A stretch of DNA of 62,793 nucleotides, counting the filler, from Basidiobolus ranarum (lineage: Eukaryota): the NCBI GenBank assembly GCA_040143965.1. It is 48 parts of 48 records of this genome, joined end to end, with 100 filler letters (N's around TTAATTAATTAA, not from the genome) between each part and the next. Parts side by side here need not be neighbours in the genome. Positions count along the whole stretch, not along the records: positions 36,748 to 37,956 come from JASJQH010012869.1; positions 38,057 to 39,265 come from JASJQH010012870.1; positions 39,366 to 40,574 come from JASJQH010012871.1; positions 40,675 to 41,883 come from JASJQH010012872.1; positions 41,984 to 43,192 come from JASJQH010012873.1; positions 43,293 to 44,500 come from JASJQH010012874.1; positions 44,601 to 45,808 come from JASJQH010012875.1; positions 45,909 to 47,116 come from JASJQH010012876.1; 40 more parts are not named here. One strand, given 5' to 3'. Positions 36,748 through 49,830 of this stretch are shown in pieces. The position numbers and the translations under genes are program-made. Position 1 is the stretch's first letter. The number at the start of each line of letters is the position of its first letter. Below the pieces are notes generated by a model. The model made no database searches. It saw only the letters and a list, made by a program, of their open reading frames with translations, and was not told where the DNA came from.

Positions 36748-36946
36748 CTTGACAAAACTATAAATGTCAACTTTCTACTCAATGAATCAATAAGTGAAAA
36801 CCACCAATTCCTCTAATTCTCCAAACCACTTCCAACAGGCTCCCAAATACTTTAACAAACTGAATACTCAATAAATCAATAAGTGAAAACCACCAATTTC
36901 TCTAATTCTCCAAACCACTTCAAACAGGCTGCCAAATACTTTAACA
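36748..36946 (+). repeat. Two tandem 3' portions of the family-A LTR
   Basis: TACTCAAT...AAATACTTTAACA occurs twice. Confidence 0.8.
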
Positions 36947-37257
36947 GTAACATCTGTATTTTATAGCCATGAAATGGATGTTGCAAAACAGGTTCAATGT
37001 TTACTCAAAAATATGTATCAAACTAACCTGGAATTATTAGGTGTGATCAGAGGTAGTATGAATGTAAACTAAACAATGAATGTAACGCAATTATCAAATC
37101 TGGTAAATGTAAATATGAGATATGCTAATTCCAGGAAATTACTTTAAAGATTCAATAGTTTGATAGTAGTAAAAATAGGAATAGATTTAATTGGTTTATA
37201 CTCATTAAACTTCCGAATATCAAATGATTTACCAATTCTAATGGTTGCTTGAAAACT

Positions 37258-37329
37258 CGCCTGCTGCCGGGATTGAGCTGGCAACCTTCAGTTTACGAGA
37301 CTGACGCACTGCCACTGCACTAAGCAGGC
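37258..37329 (-). tRNA. tRNA-Thr(CGT), probably a pseudogene
   Basis: Acceptor stem GCCTGCT/AGCAGGC, anticodon arm TCAGT-CT-CGT-AA-ACTGA, downstream TTTT; T-loop is CTCAATC and the T-stem has an A-C mismatch. Confidence 0.85.
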
Positions 37330-38056
37330 TCTGGTAGCCTACCTAATTAGCCACAATTTATCGCAAGTTAGAGCACTTTCTCCAAAAAAAAGATCGTTAC
37401 TAATGCCTACTCTTGAGGCGCATGTACAACAAATTTTGGATATCATTTGTCTCTTGTTGAACACAATTGAAACAGAATATTCATTACAAACCAATACAGG
37501 ATGCAACCTTACTTTCAATGTCTGATGTGCCAAAGAGGCAAAGGCAAAGTGGGCTGTTCAAGTACTTTCCATGTATAATGAGCACATGAATAATTCCATC
37601 TATAATGAGCAAATGAATGAGATTGATCAACCATTTAGTTATACAATCATTGAAACAATAATTCTAGTTTTACTGTAGTCACACTATTCTAACGATGGCC
37701 ATGTAAATAGTAACTTGGTTCATTTAATTCAAGTATTTACCAATTAGTTTGAGAGTAGCTAACTGTAAATTACTTTAAATTACGTGATATTGAAATTGAT
37801 ATTTACTTCTGGTAAATTACTGGGTGGATCCAGGATTGAAGCGGGTTAGAGGTTCAATAATGTCATTTAAAGATATTTACATCCCTTTTGAATAACAGGT
37901 TTTAACTTCCTCAGATCCCAGCCTTTTTCTTGGGCGATTTTTCTAACTTTGTGGATNNNNNNNNNNNNNNNNNNNNNNNNNNNNNNNNNNNNNNNNNNNN
38001 TTAATTAATTAANNNNNNNNNNNNNNNNNNNNNNNNNNNNNNNNNNNNNNNNNNNN

Positions 38057-38248
38057 CTCGTAGGAGCTCTTACCAACTGTCAAATCATCTTCGTATTCCC
38101 AGTAGTCTTCTACTTGAAACTCTATGGATGGAGAACTGTACCTTGGTACGAATTGATCTTCTGCGCTATTATCCTCGTTGTAGGTATGCTTAGTTGTGTG
38201 CTGGGCACCATCGATTCTATTAAGAGTTTGAAAGTCGCCTTAAGTTAA
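38057..38248 (+). CDS. C-terminus of an amino acid transporter (AAAP/Aa_trans family), paralog 1 (not in the ORF track)
   Basis: LVGALTNCQIIFVFPVVFYLKLYGWRTVPWYELIFCAIILVVGMLSCVLGTIDSIKSLKVALS*. Confidence 0.85.
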   Translation, partial: LVGALTNCQIIFVFPVVFYLKLYGWRTVPWYELIFCAIILVVGMLSCVLGTIDSIKSLKVALS

Positions 38249-38859
38249 AATCAACCCTTGGATTTCTTACTCTTGCATACCTCCCCTGGAAAGTAATCTA
38301 CGTAATTTATATCTGCCCCTTTCACCCTCATATCACCTGTTGTTAACATACAATCGAAGCTTAATGTAAAGTAATCTACATATATATATAAATAAGTTAT
38401 ACCATATCAAGAGATTTTTTGCTACCAATCATGATAGGAAGTGGTTCATTACCATTTATAGAATGATCAGTGATTCAATCATAATTGTGTTAATTGGTTA
38501 TCATTCAGAAACCAACAAAATATTCTTGGAAATACCGGATTGGGATGATTGAAAATCTACAGATCTTAACTATCTAGTCAGGCGTTATCAGAATTTTACT
38601 TGTTCTATTAATATGGATTCTAACAATTTGATTGAATTGGTGATTTGGTTGGATGTTATAATCCAATATTATGCATGCAATACATAAGATCTGGTAATAA
38701 ATTCCTTTCGAAAGAAAAAAAAATCGAATTTCTTAAGTATATGTCATAAATATGTGAATGATTTATTAGAAAATTCTATGTACATATGGAATTATTTGGG
38801 GAAAGGGAAAGGGAATGAGAAGAGAGAATGAAAATTAAGAGTAAAGATCTATAGAATCT

Positions 38860-39265
38860 TTAAGATAAGACTGCAATCAAATTTTTCACTGCATCAATAG
38901 TACCCAATACACAACTGAGCATACCAACAATGAGGATAATGGCACACAAGATCAATTCGTACCAAGGTACGGTTCTCCATCCATAGAGTTTCAAGTAGAA
39001 GACTACTGGGAATACGAAGATGATTTGACAGTTGGTAAGAGCTCCTACGAGTGACATGAAATCACCAAATGCTGGTACATACATGGATACCAATGCAAAT
39101 AAGACCATTAATCCGGTTCTCAACAATGGTCGATACACATATTGCTTGGATTTCGACATGAAAGTGTCATTAATGCGAAGCCATTTTTCAATATCAAGTG
39201 AGAAACTGATCAATAGAATGGGTGCGGCAAACAATACGTGAATGGTAATGGCGGCAGTGGCGGCA
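38860..39265 (-). CDS. C-terminal part of an amino acid transporter (AAAP/Aa_trans family), paralog 2
   Basis: HVLFAAPILL, LRTGLM, VPAFGDFMSLVGA, FVFPVVFYLKL; several TM segments. Confidence 0.88.
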
Positions 39266-39440
39266 NNNNNNNNNNNNNNNNNNNNNNNNNNNNNNNNNNN
39301 NNNNNNNNNTTAATTAATTAANNNNNNNNNNNNNNNNNNNNNNNNNNNNNNNNNNNNNNNNNNNNCCCATTTGTTGAGCAGAAGTAAGAGAAGAGTTTTG
39401 AGATATATTCCCCTCCATTTTCAGTATGGATAATCTTAAT

Positions 39441-40503
39441 CCCTATCAGAAATAAAATCAATTTGATCCAATCCAATCCACCCTCCAAAAGAGCAAAACC
39501 ATGAGAGAACTGTCACAATATTGGTGGCTTGCATTCTGCCAGGGATTTTGATGGTTTGATGGTGGTTTCATAACGGTATTTTGATGGGATTCATGCATGT
39601 TAAAATATTGATCCTCAAATTTGGCATGTATTATTCAATATCCAGCAATTTTTGCAAAAATATAATTTTGAATGGCAAATAACTGTGTTTACTGCTGTAG
39701 AAATTTGAATTAATATGCATGCCTTCATTTAGATATTTTAGGCTTTGTTTTCCAGCCATAATGAGAATCAACAAATACAAGAATTTTGTTGTGTTTAGTC
39801 TCTACATATGCACATACTTGACTGATTAAACATAGCTCAACAACATCAATATGCTTTAACAGCAAACTAACAATGGAAAAATTGCTAAACATCTGAAATT
39901 TTGAATAGCACTGACACTTGGCAACGAGCTGACTCTTGTTACTGTTCACAATCAGAATAAGCTCTTGTATTTTGGCAAATTTCCGTAAAGAGTTCAGCCA
40001 ATATATCCCCAACTTGCAGTCAACAAATGTCCTGCCACAAGTAGATGTGTCATTGCTAGAATAGATTACCCCATGGCTAAAACAATAATACTGCATATTT
40101 TGATCTATCTCACCAAGAAGTCTGTCTTGCAGCTTTCCTAAAAATACTGTCAGATTATCACACAAGCAAATTAGTCTGATTCAAGAGGTATTAACTCTGT
40201 GTCCATGGATTGGGCTTTGTTGCTGTTATTGTGCTCAAACAATGCAAAAACCCATGAGCACATTGAAAAGCACCCTTTGTGGGCAGGTTAATATACTGCA
40301 GAGTCTCCTTAACCCATTGCATTACATCCATCACTGATTTGCAGATACATTGTTAATCAGATTAGCATATGGTAATACTGAAGATTTCAAACAGAGCATC
40401 ATTTCACCACAGGTGCACTCCATTGGGAACTCCCAAAATGTATAGCAAGGGCCTATAATCTCAAAGCATTGTGAAAGATATAGCAAGGAATGTATGGAAT
40501 ACC
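39441..40503 (-). mobile_element. CMC transposase C-terminus and right terminus
   Basis: GPCYTFWEFPME near 40420-40455; stop at 39725; terminus CCCTATCAGAAATAAAA. Confidence 0.88.
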
Positions 40504-41983
40504 TATTGGGAAAATATGGGCTGTTTGGAGGAACTTTAGAAAAGTGGAGTTGTGAATAGCTTTGTGAGATAATTNNNNNNNNNNNNNNNNNNNNNNNNNN
40601 NNNNNNNNNNNNNNNNNNTTAATTAATTAANNNNNNNNNNNNNNNNNNNNNNNNNNNNNNNNNNNNNNNNNNNNACTGTAAATGGCTATTTGTCTTAGAT
40701 GACAGAAAGAAAACATTTACATAGGTATCATAAATAATGAGCTTTTGAATGTTGTAGAAAATTCCTATATTTCTAAGAATATTGCAAGAAGCTAAATTGT
40801 GTGCAGTTGAAACTAAATACAGGAATTACTTGATTTAAGTAGATGATGCCAAGTATAGTTTTTACTAGTAATAGAAATTTTTCATAATCATAAAAATGGT
40901 AAAGGAATAAGTTGTAAATATATACTTGATTCTGAATTTTTAATAAGGATATAAATGCATTCTTACTTGATATTGACTGACAATATAAACCAATGTAAAT
41001 ATGTGAAATTACCATTACCTAAACTTCTATATAGTCATATATAGCTTAGTATTCAGTTATTTCATGCTTTTTTTTACTAACATGGAGGTTCACAGATATA
41101 TGAATTTTTCAGATATATGATAAATTCTAAAATAAAAGAGTCAATAGGCTTTAGCAGAGAAATACTTCCCATATTTCATTCTATCAAAAGTAACTATAAG
41201 TACAGATTCATTACTTTTCAAGCATGTTATTGCACAGGGGCTCCAAGTTGTTTGTGAATGTCAATACCATGTTATACAATATCCAAATCCTTTACATTGG
41301 ATCTATGGCCATATCAACTTGACTTTCAAGTAGCTGAATAGAGCCCATTTTGATGTAACATTTGTTTTTTTTATCAAAACCAGAGTAAGACTGTGAGCAC
41401 CTTACTTTTGCCAATAACATTCTGTGCATTAGTATTTAATATGTTATGAAACTTTTTAAGCAAATATTTACTTGTGAAATAGTTTGATATATCAAACATT
41501 TGATGATTTGGGATAGTATTGTTTATTAATTTATTCTGAAACTTGTTTAGTACTTCCAAGTATAACATTTATCAAATAGGATGAAAAAGGCCAAGCCTAT
41601 AATGAAAAAAGGTTAGATCTTGTATAACATAACATTTAGTAATATACCAATATTGTATAATTTTGGTGCAAAAACATGGTGAGCTTGCTTCTCTCAAAAA
41701 TGAGAGTTAGTTATGACCACTAGCATACTGGTAAATATTTAATGAGCACAATTCATAAAATTGCTGTAGGATTTTTTACATCATTCCATTGTGGTCAGAT
41801 CATAAATAGTAAAGCTGTATTCTTCTATTCCTTTTGGTATGTTCTTAAACTCCCATCTCAGTCACTCATCTATAATAAAGTGCNNNNNNNNNNNNNNNNN
41901 NNNNNNNNNNNNNNNNNNNNNNNNNNNTTAATTAATTAANNNNNNNNNNNNNNNNNNNNNNNNNNNNNNNNNNNNNNNNNNNN

Positions 41984-43192
41984 TAGGCTCCTTTTGTCTA
42001 GTGTGAGAGTAGTAATCAGGTTGAGATTTCATCTAATTGAATCTCCTAGGATGGGAAATTGTCACTACAACTTCTGGTACCAATTTAGGCATTGAATCCA
42101 CCTCAGGCTTGGTTGAGAAGACTCCAGGTGAGGAATTTTCAATATTTTCTCACTGCTCTGGTGAGAGAAAGAAGAATTTTCTGCAATCTGTATGTGTGAA
42201 CTTTATGCACAGATCCACAGTACTGTTCAAATATCTGAAAATCTGCTTAACTGCTTTTATTCAATCAGATCCATAACTTTGAAGATGTTGGCACATAACT
42301 CCCACAGAATATGCAATACCTGGCCATGTTGCAACCATCATATACATCAATTTACCAACCATAGAGTGATAAGGAAATTCCTGGTTTTCATTTGAATCCA
42401 GGAATGTCTGATTTGAGCCATTGTTTGGTCAAGTGAAGATTTGTCTCCATTGGGTTTTATACTGGTTTATATTCTTCCATTTTAAACTTCTTTAGTATAT
42501 TTAGGATATACTTAGACCGGTTTGAAGCTATTGTTTGATAGTTCTATCTACATTAATTTGGCTTCCAAGAGAGTATGTGAGTTCACCAAGATTTGTCATT
42601 TTGAAATCAGCAGATAAGCTGGATTTGGTTTTCTCCAAAGTCTTCAAGTCATTGATTGCTATAATAAGATAAACTACATATAAGGCTAATAGAATTGATT
42701 TTGTTTTATCCGGACTGAAGTAGATACTATACTCAGTATTACTCTTTTGCAATTTGAGTGTTTCCAAAAAAGCATCTATCTTGCTATTCCAAGCTCTTAA
42801 AGATTGTTTCAAGCCATAGAGTGTTTTCTGGTGTCTGCAAACTTTTTTAGGATTTTCTGGGTCCACCAATCCATCTGGCTGGACTGTATTGCTCTCCTCA
42901 GCAAGCTGACCATTCAAAAAAGCAGCTTTTACATCCATTTGATTTATAAATAAGTGACATTTAGCTCAAATTGCTAAAATCAAACCAATTGAACTAAACT
43001 TTGCTGCAGGAGCAAAAGTTTTTCTATAATCAAATCCTGGTTTTTGGGAATAGCCTTTGGCTACTAGTCTAGCCTTGTACCCTTTTATAATGCCATCAGA
43101 GTTATTTTTAACTCTAAACATGCATTGGCAGCCGGTTTATTTTCTATCATCAGGTAAGCTGGTTAAAATCCAAGTTTGATTATCTAACAAAG
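41984..43192 (-). mobile_element. Ty1/Copia RT fragment joined to an IN-RT linker piece near 42195
   Basis: [29 protein letters not shown]. Confidence 0.9.
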
Positions 43193-43292
43193 NNNNNNNN
43201 NNNNNNNNNNNNNNNNNNNNNNNNNNNNNNNNNNNNTTAATTAATTAANNNNNNNNNNNNNNNNNNNNNNNNNNNNNNNNNNNNNNNNNNNN

Positions 43293-44270
43293 CATTATGG
43301 CTGGAATACAAAGCCTAAAATATCTAAATAAAGGCATGCATATTAATTCAAATTCCTACAGCAGTAAACCCAGTAATTTGCCATTCAAAAATTATATTTT
43401 TGCTAAAATTGCTGGATATTGAATAATGCATGCCAAATTTGAGGATCAATATTTTAACATGTATGAATACCGCCAAGATACTGTCAAGAAACCACCATCA
43501 CATCATCAAAATCCCTGGCAGAATGCAAGCCAATGATATTGTGATGGTTCTCTGACAGTTTTGCTATTTCAAAGGGTGGATAAGATCCGGATCAAATTGA
43601 TTTTATTTTTGTTAGGGGTTGCTGAATCAACATTCTTCTAGCTATCTGGTGGATACCTTACAACATTGTGCCACTCTGTATTAACTTCTTCCCAGATATC
43701 TGCATGGTCAACACCAGCCTGAATACCAAGTTGCATGTTCTTCTTCTGAAGCCACTTTCTGCATACTTGCACTGCGTTTTCCCTTCATACTTCTGAAAAT
43801 GCTCCTCAAGCACTTTGACCATTTTAGTACATCCTTGCAGTGTGACACTACTGAGCATGCTTTACAGTGTTTGTGTGGCTTTTTGCTTTCCTTTACCTTT
43901 GGGCCTAATTTCAACACTTTAAAAAGTACTAGTTGAGGTTGGAGAGCTGTAAGTTTTATTTGCTGGTGTTTTGGCTTGTTGAGAGATGCCAGGTCTTGGA
44001 TAAACTTCCAAATTTAGCACTCTTCCAACTGGTCTACCTGGTTCCATGGTGAAATTAAGCTTATTGCCAATATATCTGACTCTGAAAATGCAGCTCTTTG
44101 TAATGGTGTGAAGAATTTGATAAGTGGGATAGTAGAGCCTACACTCACTGGTTCCTTTGCTTTTCCCATGAGTTACTAACTTCCTGCTCCTCAGTACTTC
44201 TTTAGCTGCTTTTCTTTCTTTCCCAAGTCAATAATTGTGTACATTTTTGAGATGGTTCATGAATAGGCCT
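43293..44270 (+). mobile_element. CMC right end (to 43617) inserted into the ORF-A region of another copy
   Basis: TTTTTGTTAGGG at 43617; 43618-43985 colinear with 51985-52344. Confidence 0.85.
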
Positions 44271-44600
44271 TGTCATGATTCTGATCTTAGCATACTGATC
44301 TACTACAAATAGAACGCTTCTATTATTAGATTATGACATCATATGTGCTATGCCGTCCCTTCTTGGCAATCTGGTGTCAGTTCATCCAGATTACCTTATA
44401 TGGAAGTCATGTTCTTTGGAACATTCCATTAAACCTAACCAATCATGTCATCCCACACATAGTGTATTTCCGCCAAGACCTTCCATGGAAGGTCACCTGA
44501 NNNNNNNNNNNNNNNNNNNNNNNNNNNNNNNNNNNNNNNNNNNNTTAATTAATTAANNNNNNNNNNNNNNNNNNNNNNNNNNNNNNNNNNNNNNNNNNNN

Positions 44601-45808
44601 ATATTGAATTTTCCACTATATAGCTGAGTAAGTAGTATTGGAATGTTGTTGAATAGTAAGTGCATGGTGCCTAATGGGAAACTCTGGCTCCAGCTGATCC
44701 CCTTTAGCAATGTAATCTTAGGCTTATGGCTAATACCAAGTTCGATGTTAGACTGACTATTTGGTGAATTGATATCAGTGAACATATTTAATTTGGACTG
44801 GGCTCTTGACAGTAACATTATGAAGTTCAGTGTTGTGTTTGGATAGTAGTTTATGCATATGCCTGTTAGAGTAAACTCCATTGATTTGACAAAATCTACA
44901 GCAAGAAAGTGCATTGTGCCAGCAAAAACCTCCAAGTTTACTAATGGCAGGAATGTCACCAATACATACAATGATATTAGCTTTAACATAATATTTATCC
45001 ATCTGAACCCTATTATATACCATTTAAATTCTACAATCAAAGGCTCCAAGAAGCTATCTATAAGCACTGGTTATTTAGGTCCAGATAAGATCAATTGTAT
45101 CAAACCCTAACAATAATAAAATCAATTTGATCTGGTTTGGATCCACCCTCCAAAATAGCAAAACCATCAGAGAACCATGACAATATTGGTGACTTGCATT
45201 CTGCCAGGGATTTTAATGGTGTGACAGCAGTTTCTTGACAGTATTTTGATGGTATTCATACAGGTTAAAACATTGATCCTCAAATTTGGCATGTGTTATT
45301 CATTATCTGGCATTTTTTGAAAAAATATAATTTTTGAATGGCAAATTACTGGGTTTACTGCTGTAGGAATTTGATTTAATATGCATGCCTTTATTGAGAT
45401 ATTTTAGGCTTTGTATACCAGCCATAATGAGAATCAAAAAATACAAGAATCTTGTTGTGTTTAGTCTCTACATATGCACATACCCCTAACAGAAATAAAA
45501 TCAATTTGATCCGGATCAGATCCACCCTCCAAAATAGCAAAACCATCAGAGAACTGTCACAATAGCATTGGCTTACATTCTGCCAGGGATTTTGATGGTG
45601 TAATGGCAGTTTCTTGATGGTATCTTAACGGTATTCATACATGCTAAAATATTGATCCTCAAATTTGGCATGCGTTATTCAATATGCAGCAATTTTTGCC
45701 AAAATATAATTTTCAAATGGCAAATTACTGGGTTTACAGCTGTAGTAATTTGAATTAATATGCATGCCTTTATTTAGATATTTTAGGCTTTGTATTCCAG
45801 CCATAATG
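44601..45808 (-). mobile_element. Triple nest: CMC transposase (to 45104), right end at 45105, another right end at 45484
   Basis: Two CCCTAAC starts, each followed by the same subterminal block. Confidence 0.88.
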
Positions 45809-45908
45809 NNNNNNNNNNNNNNNNNNNNNNNNNNNNNNNNNNNNNNNNNNNNTTAATTAATTAANNNNNNNNNNNNNNNNNNNNNNNNNNNNNNNNNNNN
45901 NNNNNNNN

Positions 45909-47116
45909 GAGAATTAGCAATTACATATTGGAAATTTCAAACTCGTCCAAATTGCCCCAAAGATAGCTCATTTTACTCCCACAGATGTTCTGAACACAAC
46001 CCCAGTGTTAGTTTTCTGTGTTTCCACCAAAATGTATAAATGCTTAATTTCTGGTCAATAAATAACTATATCACAAAGCTATTCACAACTCCACTTTTCA
46101 AAAGTTCCTCCAAACAGCCCATATTTTCCCAATACTAATGGGGAGCTCTGGCTCCAGCTGATCCCCTAAAGCAATAAAATCTTAGGGTTATGGCTAATAC
46201 CAAGTTAGATGTTGGATGGACTATTTGGTGAATTGATATCAGTGATCATGTTGAAATCTAACTGGGCTCTTGACAGTAAAATCATGGAGTTTAGTGTTGT
46301 ATTTGGATATTAGTAATGAATATGCCTGATTGAGTAGACTCCATTGACTTGACAAAGTCTACTGCAAGATAGTGCATTGAGCCTACAAAACCTCCAAGTT
46401 TACTGATGGCAAGAGTGTCACCAATACAAACAATGATATTAGCTTTAATAAAATATCCACCCATCTGAACCCATTGGAAAACCATTCAAATTCCACAATC
46501 AAAGGCTCCAAGAAGCTCTCTATAAACACTGGTGATTTAGGTCTAGATATGATGGAGAGTATCAAAATATTACAACTCTTATACTGTTCAGAAGGAGGAC
46601 AATTCAAGTTAATTAAAAGTATTGGCCAGCAAACCATTCCAACAATATATTTGTTCAGCAAGAAGCCATACAGAGCTAATGGAAATGCATGAGCATACAT
46701 GTTGTGAATGAGACCTTGACTTTGCAGATTCTGGTAGTGATATCCATCAAGTATATTAATAATACCATCAGCTGTATGGTGAGTACTTTAGTACTGAATC
46801 AAAGATCTATATGGGTGATTTTATTAAACCTTTAAGATGGGGAATCAACAGTATGTAAGCCAAAGATGAATGATATTTACCTGATTCAGTGATTGCTAAT
46901 TGTGTGTAAACAGTACATGACTTCAGGTTTTTCAGATCACTGGTGAAAGCCAAGCAACCATTTGGACATGAAGGAGGTTCAATTACTGAAGGAATAAGTC
47001 ATACAATTGACAAGTGTTTTCCACTTGTACCAGGTCTGTGGCAAGCAACAGTTGCCATTCAACTGTGGTAAAAGTGTAAGAAAACCAATAAACACCTGGT
47101 TGCTAAGATTGGATTG
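45909..47116 (-). mobile_element. CMC transposase N-terminal half (46135-47116) cut by a family-B LTR (45909-46134, +)
   Basis: SCPNGCLAF, ILDGYHYQNL, CWPILLINLN, FLEPL. Confidence 0.85.
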
Positions 47117-47216
47117 NNNNNNNNNNNNNNNNNNNNNNNNNNNNNNNNNNNNNNNNNNNNTTAATTAATTAANNNNNNNNNNNNNNNNNNNNNNNNNNNN
47201 NNNNNNNNNNNNNNNN

Positions 47217-48055
47217 TCCCATCAATATCCACTCATCTAGGTGTTTATTCAAATGCAAAGACTGGAAGTATTGGATTTGTATATATTCAAGTGGAATTTT
47301 GAAAAGATTTCTGCCTGATAAGTATTGGCAACATTGGGAGTTGTTTGTCAATATTGTTAATATATTCTTATGACATCAACTCACATTGGCAGATCTCAGC
47401 CAGATACAGTGACTGTGCAAAGATTTTGCAATTGGATACAAAAAACTTTATTACAGGTTTAAGCATTTATTGACTGCAAGTTGGGGATATATCAGCTGAA
47501 TTCTTGACAGAAATTTGCCAAAATCCAAGAGCTTATTCTCATTGTGAGCAGTATCAAGAGTCAGCTTTTTGTCAAGTGCCAGTGCTATTCAAAATTTCAG
47601 ATGTTTAGCAATTTTTCTACCTTTAGTTTGCTGGTAAATCATATTGATGTTGTTGAGTTATGTCTAATCAGTCAAGTATGTGCATATATAGAGACTGAAC
47701 ACAACAAGATTCTTGTATTTTTTGATTCTCATTATGGCTGGAATAAAAAGCCTAAGATGTTTAAATAAAGGCATGCATATTAATTTGAATTCCTACAACA
47801 GTAAAACCAGTAATTTGCCATTCAAAAATTAGATCTTTGCAAAAATTGCTGGATATTCAATAACATGTTTCAAATATTGAGGATCAATATTTTAGCATGT
47901 ATTAATACTGTTAAAATACAATCAAGAGACTGACATCACACCATCAAAATCCCTGGCAGAATGCAAGCCACCAATATTGTGATGGTTCTCGGATGGTTTT
48001 GCTATTTCAGAGGGTGGATCCAATCTGGATCAATTTGATTTTATATTTGTTAGGG
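47217..48055 (+). mobile_element. Internally deleted CMC transposase 3' part and right terminus
   Basis: Deletion junction near 47462 relative to 49831-51037; ends TTTGTTAGGG. Confidence 0.85.
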
Positions 48056-48423
48056 GATGATAGCAGCCTTCCATCAATTACTTCTACAAGGACTGAACTG
48101 GATTTCTTCATTGTTGGGATAGAGTGGGATTTGACAAAGGCAGAGTGAATAAAACAGGAGGAAGCACCTGAATCAAGAAGTGTGGTTGTTTTTATTGACT
48201 TGGAATTTGGTAGCAAGAGTGTAATGTGCAGCTTTAATAATTGGTATGATTGAAGAGATTGTGATGTATGGTGAAGAAACATTTTTGAAGATGGTTAGTC
48301 CGACTGCATGCCCATTATTGCAGCTGAGCATTGAAGTGTTCCAAGGGTTGGGAAAAGTTCTCTTCTACTTGCATAATGTTGATCTTAAATCTAGGATTCT
48401 TTTTTGGACAGGTTCTTGCTACA
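48056..48423 (-). mobile_element. Ty3/Gypsy aspartic protease fragment
   Basis: LLDSGASSCFI...VEVIDGR; overlaps in sequence with 6575-6655. Confidence 0.85.
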
Positions 48424-48523
48424 NNNNNNNNNNNNNNNNNNNNNNNNNNNNNNNNNNNNNNNNNNNNTTAATTAATTAANNNNNNNNNNNNNNNNNNNNN
48501 NNNNNNNNNNNNNNNNNNNNNNN

Positions 48524-49730
48524 CTTTTCATGATCTTGGGTGGCACAGCTAATGGCCTAGTTCCACCTCACAAATGCCCTATGTTGGAATTCAAAAGCAG
48601 AAAATGCATATCTCTCAGTTTCTGTGATGGGTCAAATGCCTACTGACTGTTTGATATCATAAATCAGAAGTTAATCAAGTCCAGACATGTAATTTTTGAT
48701 GAATAGCAAATTATCCATCTTCAATCATAGTTTTTGATCCAGAAAGCACCATTAGATGTATTTAGGGAGTGTCTCACAAAATTCCAGCTGTATCTGAGCC
48801 CAATTCAACTGAAATATAGGCCCAGTTACATCATAGGATGATTCCGGACCTAGAAGATCTTCAGGAAATAGGAATAAGTTTGGGAATGGGTGGAGCATTT
48901 CCAATGATGATGTTTATACTTATGCAGCATTCTGCAACAAGCCATGGACTCTTGATCAAGTTCTAGAGTGTCCAAAATCACAGTTATGGTTAAATGCAAT
49001 GTCTGACCAGTTTTCCTTACTTCAGGACAATTAACAAGGGCTTTGGGTCCTCTACTATCAAGAAGAAAGCAAGTATGTTGCAAATGGGTCTATGAAGCAA
49101 AAAACCAAGATGATGGAACCATAGAAAGGTACAAAGCAGGATCAGTTGCAAAAACTATTCTCAGGCTTCAGCAATTGATTTTAATGAAACTTTTGCCCCA
49201 ATGGCTAAGCTTAGCTTCATCAGATCAATCCTGGGACTCTGGGCCATGCATAACCTTGTTTTAAATCAAATGGATATAAAAGCAGCCTTTCTGAATGGAA
49301 ATCTAGAAGTAGAGTTCTATATGGAGCAATAAGAGGGAGTGTTGACCCAAAACACCTGTATATGGTTGGTAAGCGGCAATAATTGCTATTCAGACTCATG
49401 TAAGTGCCTAGGGCATGCTACAACCAGATTAATACCAATTTGGATTAATTGGAATTCCAAAAATGGAAAGCTGCTCACAGTTTCTGCATTAAAACAGCTG
49501 GAAGTGGGATCCTTATCTTGGTAATATATGTGGATAACTTGATGATGGCCACAAAGGATCCAGAAGCACCTAATCTGACAAAAAGCAATAATCAAACCAA
49601 TTTCATATGATTGGTATGGGTGAATTCAGTTATTTCCTTAGAATCCAAATCAAGAGAGATAAACCCAATCAGAAAGTCATGCTAAATCAGTCTATATATA
49701 TCCTAGACATCCTAAAACACTTAATATGGT
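48524..49730 (+). mobile_element. Heavily decayed Ty1/Copia IN-RT
   Basis: CKWVY, IERYKA, QMDIKAAFLNGNL, IYVDNL. Confidence 0.8.
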
Positions 49731-49830
49731 NNNNNNNNNNNNNNNNNNNNNNNNNNNNNNNNNNNNNNNNNNNNTTAATTAATTAANNNNNNNNNNNNNN
49801 NNNNNNNNNNNNNNNNNNNNNNNNNNNNNN

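Noticed and set aside
36748-37329. LTR targeting of a tRNA gene
   Set aside because: Single case about 310 bp downstream of the tRNA; the same LTR family occurs in many non-tRNA contexts.
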